A DNA stretch of 61,685 nucleotides, counting the filler, from Sphacelaria rigidula (Eukaryota), in assembly GCA_964200075.2 (NCBI GenBank). It is 8 parts of 8 records of this genome, joined end to end, with 100 filler letters (N's around TTAATTAATTAA, not from the genome) between each part and the next. Parts side by side here need not be neighbours in the genome. Positions count along the whole stretch, not along the records: positions 23,172 to 30,794 come from CAXNAA020014050.1; positions 30,895 to 38,517 come from CAXNAA020014051.1; 6 more parts are not named here. One strand, given 5' to 3'. Positions within the stretch are counted from its first letter, which is position 1. Each line of letters starts with the position of its first letter. The notes beneath the pieces were generated by a model. The model worked only from the letters and a program-made list of their open reading frames with translations. It did no database searches and was not told the origin of the DNA. This document shows positions 23,172-35,641 of this stretch, piece by piece. Both the position numbers and the translations under genes were made by a program.

Positions 23172-25287
23172 TTTGGATGACAGCCTGCAATGAGTTGCTT
23201 TATTTTCTGGTATCGCCACTTCCAGAGACAGCCACGTCTTATACACTGCCTCATGGATGCGTTACCAGCAGTGGACGGAGGGGGAGGCGGGAAGTTAAAC
23301 CCCACTCTAGATCCACGATACTTTGCCCCGCCGGAAGTTGGGGTGACGGTTCCTACCCGCCTGTCGCGACGAATCATAGATCCTTCTGTGGTCGTGGTGA
23401 ACTCGTTGTGTCCACATGTCGGCGCCGACGCGTCGTGGTGTTGGGGGCGTCAGCGAACCGTGAGGACGGCTGCTGTCGGGGTTTGTGGATGTGTTGTGCT
23501 CCATGCCGGAGTATGGGTTCGTGTGATGAATTCGGCGCACATCGCACAAAGGGTATCCCTGCTTGGCTCACCGAGTCGCGGACTCGTACCGTGGGTTTTG
23601 GGTATGAGGCACCTCGTATTGCGTAGTTCTGTTGTCCTCTGTGGCGCGGTGATCGGCGGGCTGATTTTTCCCCCCCTTCTTATCGGCTCTCTTGGTATTT
23701 TGTAGCGTTCCTCCGTGTCTGTCCCTTGTTGTCGATGTCTGTAATAGTCTGTATAGTATCTCGGCCTCTTGGGGACTGGGGGGGTGTGCTTCACACCTGT
23801 GGTGATGAGGTTTACTCATATGCTTCGCCTGTGATCATTCGGGTTTTTGGTGTTGAGTCTTGTTTTAATTTTTGTCATAGGACTTGCGTTCCGGTGCACG
23901 ATGATACGCGCCGAAGCGACGGCGCAGAGACCGTTTGTTTGACGACGACGTTTTTGCGTTGCCTCTGCTTGATCCTCGGAGGACCTCTGTGAATATTTCA
24001 GGAGCAATCGTTTCAAGGTCCGACCTTCTTCATTTGTGTACTTTTGGCATCCGAGTGTTCCCTTACCGTTCTTTGCTGCGGCACGCGCGCAGGTCACGGT
24101 CTCTCCACCCGGCGGTTACTCCGCCGAGGTGCGAGTGATACTAGCGCGTGTTCAGATATTATCTTAGATCGGCTCCTGTGACCTCTAAAATGACGGGGAG
24201 TCCAGTGGAAGGCGAGACGGAGCAGTTCTCCACTCATCGACTGGCGACAGCCCGATACCTTGTGCCCGGTGGGCGACTCTGAGACATGGACGATGCGAAT
24301 CATTCTCGGGTATGCATCGATGGGGCTTAGTGTCCCGGCTTGTTGTCGGCTGTGCATTATTCTGGTGTCGGTGCAATCCGGCGCCATATTACCACAGCCG
24401 TGAGAGGTACCTCTCATGAAAAATGCCCCGCCCCTGCCGGACGACTAAGGCAAGCAACAAATGAGGACTTTTCCTCCCTCGCCGTAAGTGGGAGACTTGC
24501 TTTCATCCTACATCATCATTTTCCCGCTGTGGTCAAGGTCTCTAATCCAACGAAAAATTATGGTGATGATGTCGGGCATCTTGCTCGCAGAAATTTTTGC
24601 ACATTTGCACCGAATAAAACGTTCATAGCGAGAAGAGAAACACGGGTTCTAAAACCGTTTGGGCCGAACCTTTTTGTGCCTGTCATCGCCACTTTTTTTC
24701 AAATTTTGTGAAATATGTACTTTGAAGTTCAAAATATACCAAATGTATACATTTCGTGGGATGTCCGTCTCTGCAAGTAGCTGTAGGCTGGTAGGTGAAG
24801 GTTATAACTGTTTGCCGGGTCCTGCAGGGTCTGGAAACAAATTTTTGAGCAAATGCAAAAAAAAAAGTTCACCGCCAAAAACAAACGGGGGGAAGAACCC
24901 AGGACGCGGGTTCGAACCCCGACTTGGTGCAACACTTTCTCTATTTTTGTTTCCCTGCCCCAGCTATCCTTTTGCGCGTGGCCGCGGGCGTTCGCTACAT
25001 GCATTTTGTAATTTTCGTCACCTCGGATCAAAAGTTATGGAGGGACAATCAAATTCGGCTCCATGAAAATTTGCACTTTATTGCGACTGTTGTCGGCCGG
25101 CAATAGTAGCAACAGGCCTATACTTTATGCAGTGAACTTCTCATCTGTTGCATCTATTGAGCATATATTGTCCAGGGTGTGTAACAATCGCAGTATTACA
25201 AACTAGGCGCCAATGCACGCTCCGGTTGCGATATGGCGATATATCAATCTTGAAAGTGAAAGCACCATTTGCTATTTCTAAATCCCC

Positions 25288-25578
25288 CCTCTATTCGGAG
25301 GTTATGAACATCGGGGTGGAGAATTCCTGTCGGGAAATGAACAGATGTCGAAATGATTCCGAATCAGAAGAGGTATCTCAAACTCGAGGTTCCTGGTACA
25401 TTTCACAGTATTTTCCTCTATTCGGAGGTTATGAACATCGGGGTGGAGAATTCCTGTCAGGAAATGAACAGATGTCGAAATGATTCCGAATCAGAAGAGG
25501 TATCTCAAACTCGAGGTTCCTGGTACATTTCACAGTATTTTCCAGTCAAAAATACCGGGAACCTCGAGTTTGAGATAC
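25288..25578. repeat. 127-bp near-perfect tandem duplication followed by an inverted copy of its end
   Basis: Units start at 25288 and 25415 (1 mismatch). gtatctcaaactcgaggttcctggta at 25500 is inverted at ~25553-25578. Confidence 0.9.
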
Positions 25579-26194
25579 TGGACCTCTGGAACGTGGGTTT
25601 ACACATTCTTGGTTGCTCTCTCCAAATAGTTGACGGCACGCACGACCGTCGGCGAACCAATTTTCACTTGTCCTGAAAATCTCGGCGCCTGCGGGAGAGG
25701 GTAGGACAATGTACTGCCCGCGTTTCAAAGGCGGCGGATCGTGTTGCCCAGTGGGAATTCTCAGTCACAATAGCCCAAGTGAAGATGCGCCGATAAGCGC
25801 GGCACGTGCTGTAAGCGTGTTCGCAGCGGTAGTCATGGTGCAAAACCACACACGCACGCTGCGTACCCTCAACACGTGCCAAACTGTAAGATCTACTTGT
25901 AGTACGCTGTAGAAGGTTCGTAGAGCTGCGGCACAAAACACTACAGACTGCTGCTGCTGTGCACAATTATGCAGCGTAATCTAATGATATCAGTACTTTA
26001 GATTCCACACTAATAATGCATTGTGTGCAGGCGCCTGTGTTATGACTATCACAACCATGTGCCTCATATGCACCCCTGCATCCTTCGGTCTGTAGAGTAG
26101 GCGTTTTGTGTTGTGACAGAGGAACGACTCCGAACCCCAAATGTGGATAGTCTTATCCAGTCTTCCTGCGGGGGGGTGGTTGTCAACGGGTTGA

Positions 26195-26335
26195 GTCAAA
26201 TTTTGTGTACCCACGGCATAGTCTCTCTCCGCTGTTGGGCATTCTCTGAGAAAGAAACCCCAGATCGCTCCGAGATTCGAACCCACGACACAACCGTCAG
26301 AAGGTTTCGAGGTTACCAACTGAGCCACCGGGGCG
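26195..26335 (-). mobile_element. tRNA-derived SINE head (5' part)
   Basis: Minus strand gccccggtggctcagttggtaacc...gggttcgaatctc; homologous to 10420-10555 but with a different downstream body. Confidence 0.8.
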
Positions 26336-26508
26336 TGCAGTACAGTAGTCGCGTTTTGTTGAGAACTGCGCTCGTAGGACACAAGAACTACCATCGAGGT
26401 TGATTCATCGGCAAGCAGCATGGTATTACGTTGTAACGCCAAGCCACCGTATAGCACCATCGCCATTTCACCAGGGGGTGATTTGCCGTACTGTACCCTA
26501 CCCCACCT

Positions 26509-26551
26509 ACAGCACAGTACAGCACAGTACAGCACAGTACAGCACAGTACA
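26509..26551. repeat. (ACAGCACAGT)4 microsatellite
   Basis: Direct reading. Confidence 0.9.
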
Positions 26552-27115
26552 ATGCCTCCCGATGATTTCATTTCGTTAAAGTCCATTTTATTGAGGCAAA
26601 GTAATTTTCACTGGAAAATTGTGTGCTATTTATGCCCTATGATTGGTCAATGTGGTACCATCCCCAAGGAGACGGACAGGAAATATGTTCACAGTACGCA
26701 AGCCATAGATAGGCACATGGGGATTCGATCCGTTGACCTGTAACGGACGGACACAAGTCGACACTTGCGTCGTCCGATGCTCGACCGCTTGTAGGGAATG
26801 GATGTGTTTGTCGCCGCTCGAGTTGCGCCACGACCTCGTCGCGGACGAAAATCATCGCACCACCGTCGCGGTCGAAGCTTCGGTCGCGTGTGCACGGAGG
26901 GGAATCGTGTTTCGCAGAGCACAGTGCACAGTAACTCCTTGGCCTGGTCGATGGTTGGCTCGTGTCTCATGGTGACCAATGGAGTTGTTTATGATCAGAA
27001 GCGAGCGTTGATGGAGGTATCACCAACTGTGTAGCGGTTTCTGCTCCGTTGCTTTGCCTGCTGCTAATTTTTCCACTCTTGGAGACAAGAAAAGCACATG
27101 CGGAATGAAAAAGTG

Positions 27116-27537
27116 CAAGGTTGTGTTCTGTAAGGTACGGGTACGTTCTGTAGGGTATGAGATTCCGTACAGAGTTGACAGAAATATCGGGTACTGGTAG
27201 GGAAGTCTCACAGAGTTTACAGAACCGTCGGGTAAGGGTATGAAAGTCTTACAGACTTTACAGAACTTGTCGGGTACGGTAAGGGAGGCTTACAGAGAAC
27301 CGGCACCGGCAACCGGGTAACTCTTTTCGGGTATACCCGCCCCTCGGGTTCGGGTAAATGTTTTGTACAGAACTTACAGAACTATCGGGTAAGGGTATGA
27401 AAGTCTTACAGAGACTACATAACTGTCGGGTACCGGTATGAAAGTCTTACAGAAGTCACAAAACTGTCGGGTACGGTATATACCCGGAAAAATACCCCGG
27501 GTATCCAGAAAGCCGTACCTTATGGAACACAACCTTG
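27116..27537. mobile_element. hAT-like non-autonomous element filled with ~40-bp subterminal repeats
   Basis: TIR caaggttgtgttc(tg/ca)taaggtacgg (23/25); flanks aaaaagtg/aagaaatg (6/8); repeats acagaact..tcgggta..ggtatgaaagtcttacaga. Confidence 0.8.
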
Positions 27538-28820
27538 AAGAAATGGCAAGGTAAAGCGAATGATCCAAGCCACTCTCAATCCGCGCTCTACTCTCAATCT
27601 CACGAAAACATTGTTTATTGCATTAGGCACAACAGTCGATACTGTACGCAGTTCACTTCTTGACAGTGTACTCTGTTGTCCAGGCTGTGATATACTTCAC
27701 TCATTTTGCGATCGTGAGAAATGTTTACAGTATATTGTACTGTTGATTGTACTGTTGAGTGTCTGTTGAGTGTCTGTTGACTGAGCTCCATTATGCTGTA
27801 TCTTCTTTTCCATCGGGAGGCGTCGACTTTCACCCTCCCGCGGAACTTTTATGTGCCACCATGTCTCGCCACTGCAAACAACGTGCATTCGCAGTAATAC
27901 TCTTGTAGTGTTTTCTTGCAAGTAGTTCATGACACTGACATTAAAAAAACCCTACACAAACACAAAAGCCAGTCCAAGTATGCTGGTAAATTGAAACTAA
28001 CACGCCGAGACCACGAAAGTTGACTCTCGCTGCTGGTGGGGGGGTGGTGACGATATTCAGCAAAAAATGCCGTGCGTACCCCTCGGGTCTCGGGTTATTT
28101 TCCAGTACCTAGCTGGGCCCCACGCCCCTCCTCAACCCAGAGTCTTTGACTCATGCATGTAAAAGGTACCCGCGCGTGGCAATTGATCGTGTGATTCTAC
28201 GCCGTTGGAGTTTGAGGTGGTTTGTCAAGTAGCCCGGCTGCTCGCGAATAATGGTGGAATCGACGTCACGACGGGTCAAATTGGTGATGTTTTCGAGTGC
28301 ATCGCCGGCAAGGGCCTTGATTTATCACAATTTCCTTGTCCTCCCAGCGCGGTCTGTACGTGCCCACATTTGTTCACTCCCCCTGTCACCCTCCATTCTT
28401 GCTCAAACGTTTTACCAGAACGGCCTGGATTTGGTACCTGGAATTGGCGATCCCGGAGACAGGCTATACCTAGGCGCGGTAGCGGCGGAGATTGCGCCTC
28501 CACCAAATGAGGCACCACTCAAGAAATTGAAGACCAAGACCTAGGATGCCGTGCTCCCCTTGGCTGCTGTTTCTGCACACGAGAAAAATAACAAGATCCT
28601 ATTCGTGGTGTTTTTGCTTCAACAGGGGAACATGTAATTATACCAACCAGCTTAATTTCTGCTGCTTTAAGGAAGTGCTTTCGGCACCCGATCCCCGTTC
28701 ATGGTCTTTAACAATTACTCAGTATCTATTTTATCGTCAAGACATCGCTATTTTTGCACCGTTGGAACGTTCGTAGGTGATCGATTCCTACAGTGCTCCC
28801 CCAAAGTATAAAGCTCGTGT

Positions 28821-29236
28821 AAACACGTGATTTTACAAATTGAGGATGGATTTTTTTATTAGGGATGAGAACCCGGATAATTGAAATCCTCGTATCCACA
28901 CCAAATCTTCGAAGCATGGTTCCATTTCTTTACTTTCTGATAGCTATTGACAACTACTACACGTCACATCAATTTGGATTTCGATAACCGAAATGTTGGG
29001 GTCCTAGGTGAAACAATAGTTTTGGGGAATTTTGGTGATCCGATCGGACCCCAAATTTTGTTCTTCACCTGGGACCTCAACATTTCGGTTATCGAAATTC
29101 AAGTTTGTATGACGTGTAGTAGTTGTCAATAGCTACCAGAAAGTGAAGAAATTGAACCATATTTCGAGGATTTGATGTGAATACGAAGATCTTAATTCTC
29201 CGGGTTGTCGTCCCCAACTTGTAAAATCACGTGTTT
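28821..29236. mobile_element. Fully palindromic ~415-bp foldback MITE
   Basis: aaacacgtgattttacaa ... ttgtaaaatcacgtgttt; inner arms tagctattgacaactactacacgtca / tgacgtgtagtagttgtcaatagcta and ttcgataaccgaaatgttg / caacatttcggttatcgaa. Confidence 0.85.
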
Positions 29237-29256
29237 GTACCTGGATACCCGTGCTA

Positions 29257-30128
29257 CCAGCTGAGCCAGCAGTACATCCCGCATTTACATGTCACACCAT
29301 AACTCGTCAACTTTACAAAATCAGATCAACTTGAGCATATCGCTGTGAACTGCAGACCAACCTGGTAATGCACGGCACCGCCCCTGGTCGATTGGCGAAG
29401 TTTCGGGGATGACGTTACTTTACTGCATTGAGTACCGGGAACGTCTTGTCGTTGCGTGATAGGGTGTCTGGACACGTTTCGTTTCATGGAATGCGGTGGA
29501 AATACGGTAGGGAATTCCGCCGCAGAGGCACGCGAAGACTCGACATGCGCAGGCAAAAGCAACACTGGTATGAGTAGTGCTACAAGATGGCATCAAGGTC
29601 GTCAACACCTCCCAGCCGACGGTCTTTTACCACCTGAAGAGGGAGAAGTACTACCTCAAACCGCGCTATACACCCCCCCAGATGCAAGGCGCTATTCCAG
29701 ATTATGCGCAAAACAAATGGTCGTGTCGGAATTTGAACTTGCGACCTCTGTAATAAGGGGCTGTTCCACCAGTTTGACCACTGGGATGCAGCCGTGCCAC
29801 ACGGAACATCGGATGCTGCGCCAATTTTCTGGAATTTTAGGCCGAAATTGCGCAAGGATCTCCTCCAGACAAAGGCGCACGCACAACTGTCCTTGGGATG
29901 CCTCCGTATTTTTTTTTTTTACGGAGTTACGTGACATTTTTCTGTTTTTTGCCGAAACTTTAAATCGCTCTAACCTCCTGTTTTTTTCCTCTTGGCATCC
30001 CCAGGACTGTTGTGCGTAGTGATGATGAAAATATTGTGTCGAAATTTGAAATTTCAGCGCCTAAATCTTTGAATTACCAACAGCCTCGCCAGGATACACC
30101 AAAAAATCACCGCAGCTGGCCCGGCTCG
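29257..30128 (-). mobile_element. Diverged relative of the family B TIR element
   Basis: TA-ccagctgagccagc ... gctggcccggctcg-TA; the right end resembles the reverse complement of the family B left end (gcgctgaaattt). Confidence 0.6.
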
Positions 30129-30338
30129 TATTTTCGTAAGTATCCGCACTTGGTCTACATCCAACAGGCTTTCGCTTCTTACACGTGTTTTCCCCCCAAA
30201 ATATTCGTCCAGTTCAAAACGGGATCAACTTGAACTGGAAACCCCGCCGAGGCGTTGCAATCTCTTGGTTTTAGTGTGCAAGACCGAAAAACAAAAACAC
30301 CACACCACGATATATCCAAACTATGCAAAAGCATGAGA

Positions 30339-30698
30339 AAACACGCGGTCTTACAAATTGGGGATGATAAACCCGCGGACAACTAAAATCTTCGTATCCA
30401 CACCAAAGTCTTCAAAATCAAGTTCCATTTCTTCACCTGCTGATAGCTATTGACAACTGTAACGCGCCATAGAAATCTAGATTTCGATCACCGACGTGTT
30501 CCGGCCCCAGGTGAAAAACCAGTTTCGGAACCATTTTGGCGTCCGTTCGGACACCCAAAAATCCCCGAAATTGATTTTCCATCTAGGACCCCAATATTTC
30601 GGTTATCGAGATCCAAACGTGTACGATGTGTAATAGTTGTCGAACGCTCTCAATAGGTGAAAGAATAAAACACTATTTCGAAGATTTGGTGTGGATAC
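30339..30698. mobile_element. Second, diverged copy of the palindromic foldback MITE
   Basis: Shares cgtatccacaccaaa, tgatagctattgacaact and atttcggttatcga with 28821-29236. A third copy starts at ~53934, cut by the contig end. Confidence 0.75.
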
Positions 30699-30794
30699 AG
30701 GCTGGGCCGGCCTACGAGCGGATTCAAAAGTGGATCCTAGAGAATGAGGTTCATACAAAATATGGGGTTGAAGTGGCATTTCTCCTTTGCAGGG

Positions 30795-30894
30795 NNNNNN
30801 NNNNNNNNNNNNNNNNNNNNNNNNNNNNNNNNNNNNNNTTAATTAATTAANNNNNNNNNNNNNNNNNNNNNNNNNNNNNNNNNNNNNNNNNNNN
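30795..30894. other. Artificial contig linker
   Basis: Same 100-nt spacer. Confidence 0.98.
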
Positions 30895-31140
30895 ATGGTA
30901 CTAAAACCAAGTAATTTTCAGACGAATCATTATTTGTCCGACCCTTGGAACATTGGCACTGCAATAGCCCTGAAAATTTGACTGTCAATGTTCATTGTCA
31001 GGCATCATCGACTGGCACCAATGTCTATCGATAGCCATTGTAGGCGATAATAGATTCGGGACAAGGGACGGAATATATCATTGCCGTGACAATAGAGGGG
31101 CCAATCTGTCTATCGATACATGTCGTTTGTTGCAATAGGC

Positions 31141-31352
31141 TCTGAATTGTGACCACCAGTGTATATTGCTAGTCACAATAGGATCTCACCAATACATATT
31201 GTTGGTCACAAAATGATCTGAATTGCACCCACCAATACCTACTGAGGGTCACACTGTAATCTGAATCGCGGCCACCGATGTCTACCGCTGATCACAATAT
31301 AATCTGAATCGCGGCCACTTATATATATTGCTGACCACAAGAGTAGCTGAAT
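31141..31352. repeat. ~43-bp minisatellite, about 5 diverged copies
   Basis: tctgaat(t/c)g..(a/g)ccacc...gtcaca repeated, in an ATCGAT-rich region. Confidence 0.7.
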
Positions 31353-32462
31353 GGCGTCGATCACTAGCGCTATGTATGCACATTTTTCGATGTATGTTTC
31401 CACCTCATCACGCAGAAGCTATGGCCAGCTATCGCCTTAGGTCGTTGATTTCATGAGACTACTGCAGTGAGCAATCTGCTTTTCAAAACCTATCGTTGGC
31501 GTCACTGGCTATCGATAGGTGCTCCCGAGAACAATCGATTGCCGACGGCAACGCCCATGTTGATAGATTACAAAAAATACGTTGGCGGCAGAGGCTACCG
31601 ATAGACGGCTCACCAATCTATTGATTACGGAAAAATAGGTATTGATAGATGGCTCACCTAATCTATTAATGACGGCAATGGCGATCGATAGATGGCTCAT
31701 CAAACCCATTGAGTACGGCAATGACGATCAGTACATACATCCCAGAATATATTGCGGTACACAATGTCCATCGATGGCGAGTGATTTTTATCTATTGTCA
31801 TTGCCATAGGCTATCGATCGACTAATGCAACATCTATGGTCCCTTGCAGTACATATCAATATATGTGTTTCGCCATCCATCGTGTTCGATACTATATATC
31901 GATATATTTTTCCCCGTGTCTATTGCCGAAGCTATAGACAACCATTGTGTCCATTGTCCAGAGTGTGATCTCTTGCTGAGTTTCACGGTTCGGACGACTT
32001 AAATCGTGATTCGACTCGCATGCAAGATGTGGACAAACTAATCATACGATTCGTACACAAGGTTTGATTTGAACATGTTTGGGGTTCGTGATTCGTACGA
32101 CACTGAACGAGGCTAGGTTAAGCCACAAGGCGGGATCTGAGGGGAACACACGCAAAACCCCCAACACTAACCCTATAACCCTGACCCCAATCCCAAAAAC
32201 CGCAAAACCAGGGGCCCCACGCCTGAAACCAACTCCAGCACCAACGGTAAGACCAACCCTAATTCCAAGGCTAGGACTAGGTTATCCCCGCCTACCCCTG
32301 AACAGGATCGCGGTGGTAAACGTCCGTCCCCCACGGACGAATCGTTTCCTGAAAATTCGAGGGGGGGGGTTGAATCCGATGGCAGAAGTAACGAGTGCCT
32401 GCCGCACATCGTATTCACCCTTACTCGTAGACTAATTGAGTGCTAAGGAAAGACATTGAAGT

Positions 32463-34592
32463 ATGCAAACGATGAACCGTAAAGCCAGAAGGCTAAACAA
32501 TGAAAAAATGAAGCTTCGCCAGGCAAATATGGAATTGCACAACCTCACTCTTACCCATGCTATCGTTCGTAAAAATTCGCACCTTGGCCCTTGAACTTGT
32601 TCAGGGTCATATCCGCACAACCAACACGCACGCCATAGGCAATGTACCACCACCGCCAGAGGCAGTAATTACTCTCCCCAGCACAGGACTAGCTTGCGCT
32701 ATACCTTCGAAACACACGGCCAGGCAACTGGATTCCGCCACCGTAGAGTACATTCGACGTATCAAAATCAAACACGATTTCGGTAATCATCTCAACACCA
32801 ATATCTCCACCCCAAGCGGGTTCTACGTCAACAGCACAATGCCCATCGCCTCCTGCGATTCCACCCTCGATCAAATGATCGTTGAACATCCGGCTATAAT
32901 GCAAATCACATTGCACAAAAAATTTCAACCCTCGAAAGCATCACCCCATGTCCGATCCCCCATCAACCACTCCGAGAGACGCGCACTTTCCTGGCTCAAA
33001 ACGAAAACCACGCGCACCAAAGAATGCATAATGTTACAGACGATGACACGATGTTTCAACGTACAGGCCCGTCTCGTCTGTAAACAACTTCGTGACAAGC
33101 CTCACCCAGAAGACCAATTATAGTGTCACACTGTCCGAAAATTTGACCAAGAAATTTCGCAACAGTTATCATCCGTATAGAGATACAATTCTCTGGATGT
33201 TGAGATACGTGAGGGACGCTCGAGACACAGAGAAGAGCATCCCTCATTTTCACGTCCTCCCGAAAATACACAAATTTGTGGTCGTTCGCAGACCGATTTC
33301 GGCGGGCCATAGCTCTCACACCGTGCCGTGGAGCTCTCTGCTCTGTCACAGGCTTCAACCTGTCGCCGACGGCTTGAACACGGTATTGAAAGACAGCAGG
33401 TCGCCCATACAAGACCTAAAAAAGAGAGTACGACAATAGGCTCAGACTGACGCTGGTGACAGCCGATGTCACAAGCCTATATCCATCCCTCCCGATTCAA
33501 GGGTTCATAGAGCCCACAATGATTGCGGCCTGAAATCATTACAAAAACGCGTGGCCAGAACAACTCTTTGCCTTCGTAAAACGAGTCTTGGAATTTGTTC
33601 TCAAAACAGGCTACACTCAGTTCGACGGCAAGACCTTCCTTCAGGTGAAGAGCCTGACCATGGGCACGCCCAGCGCCCCCTCTCTCGCGAACAGAACGTT
33701 AGCCATACTGGACGGCCATTTCCTACGAGAGCACAACGAGGTCATGTACTTCAAAATAAACATTGACGACATCGTGGCTTTCGTGAGTCTGAATCCCGAT
33801 TCGAAAACACTGATATCCATAATCTACCACGATCTTTCCTTAGCGGTCACCAGCGAATCCTCTCCACGCTCGATAGATTTCCTGTATCTTACAATGTTCG
33901 AGGGAAACCGTTAGGAAACCAGAGGAATACTTGACCTCAGGACCCACCAGAAAGTCCTCGATCTGTACGGTTACATGCCGTTCGACTCCGCCCACCCTGA
34001 ACACAGCAAAACTGGGTTTTATCACGGGCGAGCTCTTGCGGTACTTGGCAACAAATTCTGATGAATCTGCATACCGAGAAATGTGTAAGAAGTTTTATGC
34101 GAGAATGCTCGCCAGAGGCTATCCACACGCATTCCTCTTGCCCGTCTTTCAAAAATTATATTCTCGGAACGACAGCTCAGACTAAACACCAAACCGCGAC
34201 ACGAACCTGTGACGAGGGTCATTTTTTCTCCGGAATTACACCCCCTCTGGGAAATACTACAAGTGAAATCAGACTAGACTAACTACAGACAGACCCCACT
34301 GACTGCCTTTCAAAAGACGCAAACTTCGGGAAGTATACTAGCCAGGGCGGCCTACAATTCTACAGAAGTAGATCTTCAGCCTGACGGTAATGTGGACCAA
34401 GATGATAACGCACAGCAAAATCCTGTGCCCTCACCTCCGCAATATTTTTACCATCACCCTTCCGTAGTCGTCCCACCGACAAATCAGACGGGAAAAAAAA
34501 AAAGTACTGCCGCAGCACCAACAGTAACAGTTACATCTATACACAGATTCCGTTCCGAACACAAACCGTTCGGAACAGCTCTTCCGTACTAA
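32463..34592 (+). pseudogene. Penelope-like element (PLE) reverse transcriptase, disrupted; no GIY-YIG endonuclease seen
   Basis: PLE-RT motifs in order across frameshifts: NHSERRALSWL, LPKIHK..RPI, LVTADVTSLYPSLP (Asp 33465), FDGKTFLQVKSLTMGTPSAPSLAN, NIDDI (33765-33770), SIDFL, KLGFITGELLR..NS, ARGYP, PLTAF...ILARA. Confidence 0.85.
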
Positions 34593-34822
34593 CTTGCGCG
34601 AAGAACACAAGCCACCCGGTCGCAGAGACTCAAATCTCTGCGATCGTCACACATCATACAGAGCCCCTACGCTGTCACTTCGTTACAGATGCCTGGTACA
34701 CTCCCGCACAAACTTGCGCGAAGACCACAAGCCACCCGGTCGCAGAGACTCAAATCTCTGCGATCGTCACCCATCATACAAGGCCCCTACGCTGTCACTT
34801 CGTTACAGATACCTGGTACACT
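34591..34822. repeat. 120-bp tandem units (x2) with a strong hairpin, directly after the PLE stop codon
   Basis: aacttgcgcgaaga at 34591 and 34711; each unit holds the stem-loop tcgcagagactcaaatctctgcga. Confidence 0.9.
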
Positions 34823-35641
34823 GTGAGGGAACAGCTTTTGAAACTAATTCGAATCCGTCCCAAGTCGGATCAGCCAGAGCGCATCAGAGGTACGGCTACC
34901 ATAAGGATACAGTACTTTACCCGTAAAGTATTGCGTCTCCTACAAAGCCTAACCCACGTTTTTAGCCACCCTGTTGCTAGACACGGATATAAAAAGTACG
35001 TTTGACTTAACGTATCGCCTGCTGCTTCACTGTTAGAGGTCTCCGCGGTCCTAGCACCCTATTTTATTTCACATGAGCACTGTACACTTGCAGCGTTCCG
35101 TCCCTGAAAAACACTGTCGCCTAGTAAACGACAGAACGTATACTACCGAGAGCGGTAACATACGCGCGATCAACGCCTCACAAGCAAACTGTTTCGCAGT
35201 ACACGAACACTACGGCATTCACGTGTCCGCGTTTTGTACACTATTTTGAGTAATAGAACTTATTTATTATTTGCATATTTCTGTACTGTTCGCCCATTAA
35301 AATATCAGGATGCCGTTTTCCAACAAAACCGGACCCGTGTACGCCAAGCTGACCTGCCTTCACCGGAGAAAAGCCAAGGAAGTATGCACTCACTTTGAGG
35401 ACCCACTGAAGCAGACCCATCTAATCTGTGACGGTTTGAAACTAGTTAGTTGTCTCTTAAACCGTCACAAATCCGAGAGCAGCGAGACGCCCTCCAGGGG
35501 AAGCCGAAGCCGGGAGATTTCCTAAATCTCTCACCGTAGAACCCGTACGTACTAGGGTTAGAACTGAGCTGCCCCTCACCAACGGTGGCACAGCTCACGG
35601 CCTTATTTATGCTCGAGGAAGTAGCCGCGGTAAACAGGCCA

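Noticed and set aside
23172-24400. Decayed LINE with an RNase H-like motif (TKPHRCIPEND) on the minus strand
   Set aside because: A single weak motif, with no RT or other RNase H motifs identifiable.
26270-26335. tRNA gene (also 10490-10555)
   Set aside because: Has A/B boxes but no complete acceptor stem, and continues into a shared SINE body.
27140-27500. CRISPR-like repeat array (also 3345-3885, 36560-37030, 43548-43686)
   Set aside because: Units are degenerate tandem repeats without constant-length unique spacers, the context is eukaryotic and there are no cas genes.
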